DNA from: Candidatus Sigynarchaeum calidifontis
GTDB taxonomy: Archaea > Asgardarchaeota > Lokiarchaeia > Sigyniarchaeales > Sigyniarchaeaceae
Assembly (NCBI GenBank): GCA_030587475.2
Contig: JAUQYZ020000166.1
Location: 1-14,189, forward strand
DNA length: 14,189 nucleotides
Direction of reading: 5' to 3'
In this document: positions 6,788-14,189 of the stretch, piece after piece
How the letters are laid out: every line of letters starts with the position of its first letter
Position numbering within the stretch: the stretch's first letter is position 1
Translations under genes and position numbers: made by a program
The notes under the pieces: generated by a model
Told to the model about the DNA's origin: nothing
The model's input: the letters and a program-made list of their open reading frames with translations, nothing else
The model's database searches: none

Positions 6788-8889
6788 GTGAATGCACCTC
6801 CATACATCGTGACAGGTTTCCACGTGTTCACGTGGTTCGCAAACGCGATGGCTTTTGACAGGTCGACATCCTTGAGCACGAAAAATTGCCACGGGGCGGT
6901 CTGGTTCCGTGTCTCGATCTGCATGAAGCGGAAATCACCGTGATTCCACTTGCCCGTCGTGTGCGAGGCCGAGTTGTTCTTGACGATGGCAAACCGGCCT
7001 GGCACGGAATACACGAGCCCGTTCGAGAGCGGTAGGAAATACTCGAAGTTATCGGGGCGGGGATCCTCTCTTGCCCAATCGCCATATTCGTCGCTCAAAT
7101 CAGGAAAATAATCTGACCGGCTCATCTTGATCGTCTCGTTCTCGAACATCGTGGGCGAGTAGCGGATCGTCGAGAAATCCCCGAGAAACTTGATGTATGC
7201 CCATTTCAAGGCATCCGAACTCACGTATTTCTTGAAGTTCGTGGTTATCGAATAGTAAGACAATTTATCGAGCTCCGGATTCGCCACGGAATCGATGCGG
7301 TTTAACGCGAGATCGAACGTGACGTTGTTGACGAGTTCGAGGCGGACCGGCAGGTCTATCAAGGCTGCTGCACCCAGCCGGGTGAAATTCGTGAAACCCG
7401 CGGGGTTCGTGAGCAGCGTCCTCGACCAGTCGTACGTGGCGAGATCACGTGCCGTCCAGTTGACGAGCGGGGCGAAATTGTAAGGGATGATCTGGATACC
7501 GCTCGCGATCGTGCTGTTGAGGGCCGCAGTCTTGTTGACCACGTAGTTCTTGATGTACGTGGCACTGGAGAGCACGATCCGCGTCATGTTGTAGGCATGC
7601 TGGGTCTCGAACTTCCGGGGGTCGAGCCCCGTCGTGTCGGTCACCATGCCGTCGGCGAGTCGCATCCATGCCATCGTGAGGTTCTTGTAAAGGAGGTCGT
7701 ATTCCGGACCAGTGATGGTCATGGCATTGAAGCGCGTGTAGTTGAGCAAGATTTCAACTGCCTGGAGCACTTGATATGTCCTATAAAACATGCCACAGAT
7801 GAGGCCATCATCTGAATCGTCACTATCGCCCATCCAGACGAATTGGCTGCGATAATTAAAGACCTGCCAATGGGTTTCCGGCACGTACGAGTCGAGGGGC
7901 TGCACGAGCCCCATGCTTGTCACGCGCGCCATCCATTCCTCGATGGTCATGAAGATGTTGCCGCGGCGCTCCATGTCCGCGATCTGGTTCTCGTGGTTTT
8001 TCATCTTGATGTCGCTATAGGCGAAATCCGTTTCTTCCCACGTCGTCTCGAACCCTGTATTCACGTTCTCGCCGTCCTGGCACCAGACGTTCCAGTGGAG
8101 GGCGCCGCCCTCCGAGACCGGGAGGATCCACCACGGGAACACCTTGATCTTCGTGGAGTTCCAGCTGGCAGGCTGTTTCGGGTTCCGCGTGCTGAACGTC
8201 CACTCGTAGAGCGGGGCTTGGTTTCGCACGTGGAAATAACTCAAGCTTTCGCGGGTCGTGAGGATCGTGTCGAACACGCCAGGGAAATCAGCGAGCGCTC
8301 GCACTGCACCGAGGAAAAATTGTCCTTCTTGCAAGAGCATTGCATTCGAGACGCGATTGAGCCCGTGCTTGTGCACCAGGTACTGCGTGTAGTTGATGCT
8401 CTTGTACCACGGCAAGTACGGGTATGCCAGCGCGAGGGCACTGCTATATTGCACCAGGATGAGCGAAACGCGTCCCTCGTTCACGAGCTTGCGAAGCAAG
8501 CCTATGCTACTGTTGATGTTCCCGTGCAGCGTCGTCCGGTTGTGGAACGTCTCGTTGTCGAGGTACTCCATGTGCTCAAGCATTTGTCCCTGGAACTCGA
8601 TGTTCGCCCGCCACGTGGGATGGCGGTCGTACATGAGCAAGATCGGGATGAGCGAGTTGTTCACGACGCCGTTCATGGCTTCCCTGTTACCTACACGATA
8701 TTGCACGTTGAAATGGTAATTCGACGTGGAGATGATCGGCGTGGTGTAGTGGTTGATGACGATCGCGCCAACTATACCGGCCATGGCCAGCGCGCCGATA
8801 ATCATCGCGACGTTGAATGATTTGTAGAACTTGTATTTAGAGACGAGATCGGGTTGCTGGTTCCCGTCTTTTTTCGATGCTAGGCTCAT
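6778..8889 (-). CDS. Membrane-anchored extracellular GH57-like glycoside hydrolase
   Basis: A single N-terminal TM (VAMIIGALAMAGIVGAIVI), then GH57-like blocks in the expected order: YHFNVQY, IPILLMY, NIEFQGQMLE, LRKLVNEGRVSL..QYS, LLQE (E188, nucleophile position), QDGE (D272, acid/base position), FMTIEEW, VPETHW, GMVTD. 17 N-x-S/T sequons counted. GGAGG upstream. Confidence 0.72.
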   Translation of the reverse strand: MSLASKKDGNQQPDLVSKYKFYKSFNVAMIIGALAMAGIVGAIVINHYTTPIISTSNYHFNVQYRVGNREAMNGVVNNSLIPILLMYDRHPTWRANIEFQGQMLEHMEYLDNETFHNRTTLHGNINSSIGLLRKLVNEGRVSLILVQYSSALALAYPYLPWYKSINYTQYLVHKHGLNRVSNAMLLQEGQFFLGAVRALADFPGVFDTILTTRESLSYFHVRNQAPLYEWTFSTRNPKQPASWNSTKIKVFPWWILPVSEGGALHWNVWCQDGENVNTGFETTWEETDFAYSDIKMKNHENQIADMERRGNIFMTIEEWMARVTSMGLVQPLDSYVPETHWQVFNYRSQFVWMGDSDDSDDGLICGMFYRTYQVLQAVEILLNYTRFNAMTITGPEYDLLYKNLTMAWMRLADGMVTDTTGLDPRKFETQHAYNMTRIVLSSATYIKNYVVNKTAALNSTIASGIQIIPYNFAPLVNWTARDLATYDWSRTLLTNPAGFTNFTRLGAAALIDLPVRLELVNNVTFDLALNRIDSVANPELDKLSYYSITTNFKKYVSSDALKWAYIKFLGDFSTIRYSPTMFENETIKMSRSDYFPDLSDEYGDWAREDPRPDNFEYFLPLSNGLVYSVPGRFAIVKNNSASHTTGKWNHGDFRFMQIETRNQTAPWQFFVLKDVDLSKAIAFANHVNTWKPVTMYGGAFTWP
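6795..6801 (-). promoter_or_regulatory. Shine-Dalgarno GGAGGTG inside the 3' end of the upstream gene (translational coupling)
   Basis: cacctcc at 6795-6801, 7 nt from the GTG at 6787. Confidence 0.6.
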
Positions 8890-9057
8890 TAAATTGATCC
8901 TCCATATTGGCTTTCTGATCCAGTTTTAGCCCGAGGCAATATTATCATATCATGGAATTCAAGCGGTCACATGCCATCCTAAAGGAATCCTTTCATTCTC
9001 TATCTTGAATGCAAAAACACCAGCTTTACACAAGACTCCCTCGCCGATCGTGATGCC

Positions 9058-10395
9058 ATGCCCGATTACATGAAGGATTACAAGGTTATCTCGGTGTTGG
9101 GGTTTTTTAGAACCTTCAGCGGGGGAATCATTGGCACGGGCTTCGCGATATTCATCCTTTTTCATTTCGGCTCCTATTACTGGAGTGGCGTATCTTCCGC
9201 CGCGATTGCCCTCCCGTATATCTTTGCCACGATCATTTGCGGCCGGGTGAGCGACAAGATAGGTAGGAAAAGCAGTTTACTCATCGCAACCAGCAGCAAC
9301 CTCGCGATCGCTGTCGGGTTCATGGCAGTCGTGATCCTCGTCCGGTTCACGACGGATTCATGGCTCCTGGCTCTCATCATACTGCTACGCCTGGCCGAGG
9401 GCATCGCTAACGGTTTTTTCTGGCCTATATTGCAAGCAAGTCTCTCCGACGTGGCCATGAACTGCTGTGGCGAGGACAGCATCGATCAAGTGGAGGCGAT
9501 CTCGAGACGTGGCCAGGGCATGTACAACCTAGGCTGGTCATTGGGGGTGCTCGGGGGTCAAGTCGTCTTGTCATCCATGAGCATGGTTGGATTGCTCGAC
9601 GTCGTGTTGCTCGTCCCGCTAGCGAGCCACGGCATCAATCTCGTCATAGTTATCTTGTTCTTCCGCGTGGTGATGAATAAATCAGGCCGAGTTAACGATG
9701 TCGTCGTGCACGCCGATGATGGCCACGAAGCGCATGAACACCAGCACGACGGCCGGCAAAACCATCACGTGCACCACGTCGTGAAAACCGGGCGGGTCGT
9801 GGCATTGTTCGGGCTTGTCCTCATCTTCGTTTATGGCTTCGCCCTCGGCAGCTTGTCGACCACCACGACGAACTTGTTCAAGGCGTGGGGGATTGCGACG
9901 ATGATAGGTTTCACGGAGGCGATCAGGTTGGCGACGCAAAGTTTCACCGCGAGCAAGGTCCGGCTGGGAAAAAAGAACGTCACGTTCAAAATCATCGGGA
10001 CGGGCGGGTTGCTTTCAGCAATGTTTCTGGTGATGGCATCACTGTCCATGTTTTTTGCTCCCCCGCTGCAAGACTTGTCTCTTGTCGGCGCCGCGATCGG
10101 GATATTCATGGCAATTTATGCGTGCAGCGGCTTGCTGTTCGGGATCACTTATGCAGAGGCCATGAACTTGGTCTTGATGAGCGGGTCCACAAAACAGCGA
10201 GGATTGCTCATGGGCATGTTTGAATCGTCCATCGGGGCTGGATTTTTTCTTGGTCCTTACATGGCCGGCGTGCTAACCGAGTTCACCACGTTCCCTGACT
10301 CGTATTTGGTCACCGCGATGATATTGTTTTCGCTGCTAGCTATCTGCGTGGTGATGGCATTGTATCTCCGGCGTGCAATCCATGATATCAAATGA
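9058..10395 (+). CDS. MFS transporter with His-rich central loop
   Basis: About 12 TMs, motif A GRVSDKIGRK, motif B-like LRLAEGIANG, and RGLLMGMFESSIGAGFFLGPYMAG. Start 9058 or 9070. Confidence 0.92.
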   Translation: MPDYMKDYKVISVLGFFRTFSGGIIGTGFAIFILFHFGSYYWSGVSSAAIALPYIFATIICGRVSDKIGRKSSLLIATSSNLAIAVGFMAVVILVRFTTDSWLLALIILLRLAEGIANGFFWPILQASLSDVAMNCCGEDSIDQVEAISRRGQGMYNLGWSLGVLGGQVVLSSMSMVGLLDVVLLVPLASHGINLVIVILFFRVVMNKSGRVNDVVVHADDGHEAHEHQHDGRQNHHVHHVVKTGRVVALFGLVLIFVYGFALGSLSTTTTNLFKAWGIATMIGFTEAIRLATQSFTASKVRLGKKNVTFKIIGTGGLLSAMFLVMASLSMFFAPPLQDLSLVGAAIGIFMAIYACSGLLFGITYAEAMNLVLMSGSTKQRGLLMGMFESSIGAGFFLGPYMAGVLTEFTTFPDSYLVTAMILFSLLAICVVMALYLRRAIHDIK

Positions 10396-10513
10396 TCAAC
10401 ATCACGCTACCCGCTGATTATGTATTCATGTTGTCGAAAGTCCCTTTTATTGCAAGGTAGTCGAATATGCTGCATTAAGTTCATTCATTTATCATCCTGG
10501 GCGGCCAAATCTC

Positions 10514-10530
10514 TGAACAATTTTTAAATA
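10514..10530 (+). promoter_or_regulatory. Putative BRE/TATA box for the Lrp/AsnC gene
   Basis: tgaacaa-TTTTTAAATA about 56 nt upstream of ATG 10587. Confidence 0.5.
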
Positions 10531-10586
10531 TGCTTCGAGCGTATTTGCATTGCACATCGACAACATCTTTGGCCAGGCCGTTACAC

Positions 10587-11024
10587 ATGGATGATCTTGA
10601 TCGAAAGATTTTATCGGAACTTCAGAAAGACGCTCGAGTTCCTTTTCGAAAGATCTCCGAACTCCACGGGATCTCCATCGGGACGGTTCACAATAGATTA
10701 AAGAAACTCAAGGAGGATGGTGTCCTGAAAGGTTTCGTTCCCGTGCTCGACAACCAGAAGCTCGGGTTCACGATCATCGCGCTCGTGTACATCAAGGTCG
10801 AAGGAGGGCATTTGCAAGAAATCGAAACACAACTCGGAAAATTCACGGAGATCAACGTCATTTTTAAGACATCGGGCATCTACGATCTCGTGCTCATCGC
10901 CCGGTTCCAGAACATGATCGACTTCTCCACGTTCAATAACAAAATCTCCAAGCTCCTTTTCATGAAAGCCGAGACGAACATCGTCCTCGATACGCTGAAG
11001 GACGATTATTTCATCAAGTTATGA
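10587..11024 (+). CDS. Lrp/AsnC family transcriptional regulator
   Basis: MDDLDRKILSELQKDARVPFRKISELHGISIGTVHNRLKKLKEDGVLKGF is a typical HTH_AsnC; C-terminal RAM domain (SGIYDLV). ATG 10587 is preferred over 10530. Confidence 0.95.
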   Translation: MDDLDRKILSELQKDARVPFRKISELHGISIGTVHNRLKKLKEDGVLKGFVPVLDNQKLGFTIIALVYIKVEGGHLQEIETQLGKFTEINVIFKTSGIYDLVLIARFQNMIDFSTFNNKISKLLFMKAETNIVLDTLKDDYFIKL

Positions 11025-11042
11025 AACTTGTAAAAAGTACGA

Positions 11043-12107
11043 TCAAATTTTTCCAAGAGAAGGATATCGATCCACGATGATCTCGTTCACTGTCGGGATG
11101 TTCTTGAGTTCCTGGAGGATATCCCGAATATCCGGGCTGTTCGCCGGTTTCTTCCCTTGCGTGAACAGGTAATCCCCCGAGAGCAGCTTCGATTCGACTT
11201 TCTTGAATAGCTTGAGCTTCTCGATGAGCGACCTGAACTGGAACATCTGGTTCTGGACATCGCCGTTGGCAGCATCCTTCGACCACGTGAAATTCACGTT
11301 GATCGCGAGCGTGCCGGGGAACTTTTTCTTGAACACGCCTTGGCTATTGAAAACAAGGTAGTTACGGGGCATCTCCGGGTCGAGATGATAATCGTTGAGC
11401 GCATCGATGTTGAACGAGACGTACGCGAAAACATCATTGATGTTGCGTATTTGCGGTATGTATGAGATGAAAATGAAGGCAGATTGGGTGATAATTATCG
11501 TGCCTGGTATCCCGTGCGCCTTCCACGGGTCGGTCCCCAGCCCGATATGCACCGGCTCCTTGCTGTTCCTGGAATGGACGACCACGCTGCCGTCCCAGGC
11601 GGACACGACTTTCTGGACCGGCTTCTCCTCGTCGGGCTGCAGATCGGCAGACGAGGTCGCCATCGACTGGATGGCCAGGTGCGCCTCGTCGGTGGCGGGG
11701 GTCGCGATGAAGTCCAGTGCCTTGTCGTCGCCATCCGTGCCGCTCGCTTGCTTGCTCGGCTTGCCTGGTTTGGCCGATTTTGAACGCGCCGCGGAGAACG
11801 CGTCGGCCATCTCGCTCTTTCCCAGCTCGTTCTTCAGTTCCGCAATTTCCCTCGCGATGCTAGAATTTTCATCGTCGAATGCACTTTCCATGGCCTTGTC
11901 AACCGGCTTGGACTCGCCCACGACTTGATTCTTGTCGAACATTGCATCATAATTCACGTTCTCGGCGCCGCATGCCGGGCACTGTTTTAAATTGATCAAG
12001 ATGGGCGTGTTACAATTGTCGCAAAAGAAACGCACGACGGTCTTGCATATCGGGCACGCGATCGCATCATCGTCGATCGCAGCGTCGCATCGCGGGCACG
12101 GCAGCAT
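11043..12107 (-). CDS. Double zinc-ribbon protein with linker and C-terminal possible PH/GRAM-like domain
   Basis: CPRC/CPIC/CDNC/CPAC at the N-terminus, a short helix (IAREIAELKNELGK), a low-complexity linker and a beta-rich C-domain with GTIIITQSAFIF. ATG 12107 follows AAGGGAGGA. Confidence 0.8.
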   Translation of the reverse strand: MLPCPRCDAAIDDDAIACPICKTVVRFFCDNCNTPILINLKQCPACGAENVNYDAMFDKNQVVGESKPVDKAMESAFDDENSSIAREIAELKNELGKSEMADAFSAARSKSAKPGKPSKQASGTDGDDKALDFIATPATDEAHLAIQSMATSSADLQPDEEKPVQKVVSAWDGSVVVHSRNSKEPVHIGLGTDPWKAHGIPGTIIITQSAFIFISYIPQIRNINDVFAYVSFNIDALNDYHLDPEMPRNYLVFNSQGVFKKKFPGTLAINVNFTWSKDAANGDVQNQMFQFRSLIEKLKLFKKVESKLLSGDYLFTQGKKPANSPDIRDILQELKNIPTVNEIIVDRYPSLGKI

Positions 12108-12136
12108 GAGTCCTCCCTTGTCACGATCCTCGCGCG

Positions 12137-12145
12137 TACATATAA
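12137..12145 (-). promoter_or_regulatory. Putative TATA box
   Basis: TTATATGTA on the - strand about 30 nt upstream of ATG 12107. Confidence 0.45.
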
Positions 12146-12159
12146 CGATGCTGGTTCGG

Positions 12160-12176
12160 AAATAAAGAGAAAAAGA
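12160..12176 (-). terminator. Oligo-T terminator
   Basis: TCTTTTTCTCTTTATTT on the - strand downstream of the stop at 12204. Confidence 0.45.
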
Positions 12177-12203
12177 CAATTTTTTTCGAGAAGGGGCACG
12201 TGC

Positions 12204-12728
12204 TCACTTGTTCGATTTCAAGCTCAAGAGACCCAAGATTCCCCCGATGAGCGGGAGAAAGAAACCGACACCCAGGTACCAGTTCGAGGTGCCACCCAGG
12301 TCCCAAATTAAAATGGAATTCGTGCCAAAAAACAAGTTTTGGTCGTCGAGGTATTGCGATTGCGTCAAGAAGGCGGTCTGGTTTTGGGCGACCAAGAAAA
12401 CGATCGGCCCCAAAAGGACCAAGATGGCACCGATCGCGGCTATGGCCTTCGTCGTTTTTATGCCACCAACAACGAGTAAAACCGCCCCGATGATGACCAT
12501 GATACCTGCGATGAGATACATGCTTTCAAGCTGCACGATTTTGAACGTGTCATCTAACCCCGTCCGGCCATGGTATTGCGCGAAAGCATCGATGAAATTC
12601 GAATAATTCGATCCAACAAATGGATCGACATCCACCCTCCACCATGCCAGCGCGTCCATGGGAATGATGGCCACGAACCCGATCACTCCCGCGATGCCCG
12701 CGAGAAACTTGTTTAGGTTTGATGCCAA
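12204..12728 (-). CDS. 4TM membrane protein, claudin/PMP22-like topology (paralog A)
   Basis: TM1-WW-extracellular segment-TM2-short loop-TM3-loop-WYLGVGFF-TM4. TTG start after GAGGAG; clear paralog of 12875..13552. Confidence 0.85.
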   Translation of the reverse strand: MASNLNKFLAGIAGVIGFVAIIPMDALAWWRVDVDPFVGSNYSNFIDAFAQYHGRTGLDDTFKIVQLESMYLIAGIMVIIGAVLLVVGGIKTTKAIAAIGAILVLLGPIVFLVAQNQTAFLTQSQYLDDQNLFFGTNSILIWDLGGTSNWYLGVGFFLPLIGGILGLLSLKSNK

Positions 12729-12790
12729 GGTTTTTCACGCTCCTCGATTGAAACTTGAAGACAAAGGTAATAACTGAATGAGAATTGTTT

Positions 12791-12809
12791 TGAATTAATA
12801 CTTATCTCG
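12791..12809 (-). promoter_or_regulatory. Duplicated BRE/TATA-like promoter element (copy A)
   Basis: CGAGATAAGTATTAATTCA on the - strand, 18/19 identical to 13620-13638 and about 63 nt upstream of the start. Confidence 0.65.
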
Positions 12810-12874
12810 TTTTGGCACGGGATCGAACGGGTATAATGAAAAACAGATGTGAAAAAAGGTGGACCCGATCCGGC

Positions 12875-13552
12875 TTATCCAGCGGAATCTTTATCCGGTT
12901 GGCTTTCTCCTTCGGGTGGTAACTTTCCTTTGTTGATCTCCGCAAGTATTGCTTGATCTCCATCGTCCTCTTGTATCATCTCCTCGGGTTCGGATTGCAC
13001 TAGCACCGGTTGCGCGGGTTTTTGCCATTTTAGCCTCCAATTCAAGATACCCAGGCCTCCCGCGGCCAACGCGACGTAGAAACCGATTCCCAGGTACCAA
13101 TTTGACATCCCATCACCGCCATCCCATTTAGTTGGCCCCGAACCAAAGAACAAGTTGTAGTTGCCGAGATAATCCGCCTGTGTTAAAAAGGAACTGGTGG
13201 TGCCATGGGCTATCAAGAAGATGACCGGACCGGAAAGCACCAGGATACCCCCGATCGCGACGATGATTTTATTGAATTTTATCCCGCCCGCGAGGAGCAT
13301 GATCGCGCCGATGAGAATGATGGCGCCGGCAAGAAAAAACAAGTAATTCTCGATTTGGATGGTAAAAAACACGCTACCCGGGGCTGTCTGGCCATGGTAC
13401 ATGCCCCCCACGTCTATGAAGGCCGAGTAACTCGGTCCACTTTTCGGAAAAACATCCACCTTCCACCATGCCATGGCGTCCATGGGGATGATGGCAGCGA
13501 TTCCTACAACTGCAGCCGTGACTGCGAGAAATTTGTTTACCTTCGCATTCAA
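12875..13552 (-). CDS. 4TM membrane protein, claudin/PMP22-like topology, with acidic C-terminal tail (paralog B)
   Basis: Shares NKFLA, AIIPMDAxAWWxVDV, FID, YHG, GGIK, FLTQ, NLFFG and SNWYLGxGF with paralog A. Extra ~50-aa acidic/Pro tail; TTG start after GGTGAGG. Confidence 0.85.
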   Translation of the reverse strand: MNAKVNKFLAVTAAVVGIAAIIPMDAMAWWKVDVFPKSGPSYSAFIDVGGMYHGQTAPGSVFFTIQIENYLFFLAGAIILIGAIMLLAGGIKFNKIIVAIGGILVLSGPVIFLIAHGTTSSFLTQADYLGNYNLFFGSGPTKWDGGDGMSNWYLGIGFYVALAAGGLGILNWRLKWQKPAQPVLVQSEPEEMIQEDDGDQAILAEINKGKLPPEGESQPDKDSAG

Positions 13553-13619
13553 TTTCCCTCACCATTCTCGGTACACGAAAACAGACCTAATTTCAGATGG
13601 AATGAAACTTGTCTCGTCG

Positions 13620-13638
13620 TGAATTTATACTTATCTCG
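13620..13638 (-). promoter_or_regulatory. Duplicated BRE/TATA-like promoter element (copy B)
   Basis: CGAGATAAGTATAAATTCA on the - strand, about 68 nt upstream of the start at 13552. Confidence 0.65.
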
Positions 13639-13849
13639 CCGTATCTCGCTTTATGTGTTTGTCGAGTGATAACTTAGCGATATTGTCCACGTATATGCCA
13701 ATCTTGGCTGTTAGCCAATCTCTCAATGGGTGAATGATCTTCTCTTATCGATGGGTACGTCGCAATGAAGCATGGAGGGAGAGATACCTCGAAGAGCACG
13801 AAATAACGCAAACCTTTTTTTGCAAAAGATACATACCTCCTACTCGATT

Positions 13850-14189
13850 ATGGCCGTCATCGGACACTTCACGTTCGTGCTGCACAGCCACCTGCCTTGG
13901 GTTTTGAACCACGGGGTCTGGCCGCACGGCACGTCTTGGCTCAACGAGGCTGCTGCCGAGACTTACCTTCCCCTCCTGGACGAGCTCTACGGCCTCGTCG
14001 ACCAGGGATACAAGCCATCACTTACCATCGACATCTCGCCCGTTCTTTCGGAGATGCTGGTACAACCGCGGTTCAAGGCCGAGTTCAAGGGATATCTGCA
14101 CGAGAAGATCGAGGCAGCCAAGCACGATCAAGACCAGTTCCAGAAAGAAAATTTCCAGAACCGGCTGAACATGGCCAAGTTTTGGGAGA
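13850..14189 (+). CDS. GH57 1,4-alpha-glucan branching enzyme (DUF1957 type), 5' part only
   Basis: My translation: MAVIGHFTFVLHSHLPWVLNHGVWPHGTSWLNEAAAETYLPLLDELYGLVDQGYKPSLTIDISPVLSEML... The LHxHLP and WLxEAxxETYLPLL motifs are characteristic of GH57 branching enzymes. Runs off the right edge and is not in the ORF track. Confidence 0.92.
   Translation, partial: MAVIGHFTFVLHSHLPWVLNHGVWPHGTSWLNEAAAETYLPLLDELYGLVDQGYKPSLTIDISPVLSEMLVQPRFKAEFKGYLHEKIEAAKHDQDQFQKENFQNRLNMAKFWE

Noticed and set aside
6788-6892. N-terminal extension of the 657-aa ORF to 6892
   Set aside because: It would overlap the upstream gene by more than 100 nt; the SD-supported GTG at 6787 is more plausible.
7843-8820. 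325-aa + strand ORF and similar overlapping ORFs (5030..5554, 5313..5993, 5771..6265, 11395..11928, 13205..13669)
   Set aside because: They lie antisense or out of frame within well-supported genes and have shadow-like composition.
10530-10586. 19-aa N-terminal extension of Lrp
   Set aside because: The ATG overlaps the putative TATA box, and the family normally begins at MDxLD.

Overview
Gene-dense window that looks archaeal (BRE/TATA-like promoters, oligo-T terminators, Lrp/AsnC regulator, many CxxC zinc ribbons). The 7TM and small 4TM membrane families suggest an Asgard (Lokiarchaeia-like) archaeon, but this is an inference. From left to right: (1) a GC-rich unknown CDS on the - strand running off the left edge, missed by the ORF track; (2) two small + strand genes, one a zinc ribbon, followed by a 26-bp tandem duplication; (3) a stand-alone 7TM protein, a divergent ZIP-like permease and a site-2 (M50) protease; (4) a coupled two-gene unit of a membrane-anchored, sequon-rich GH57-like glycoside hydrolase and a ~15-TM protein whose C-terminus is a second copy of the 7TM domain; (5) a divergently transcribed MFS transporter with a His-rich loop, then Lrp/AsnC; (6) a double-zinc-ribbon protein with a possible PH-like domain and two tandem claudin-topology 4TM paralogs with duplicated promoters; (7) the 5' part of a GH57 glycogen branching enzyme. 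The most interesting items are the GH57-like/7TM-fusion pair (possible glycan-sensing module), the [DE]R-bearing 7TM paralogs and the claudin-like pair. No RNA genes, CRISPR arrays or transposases were recognised.
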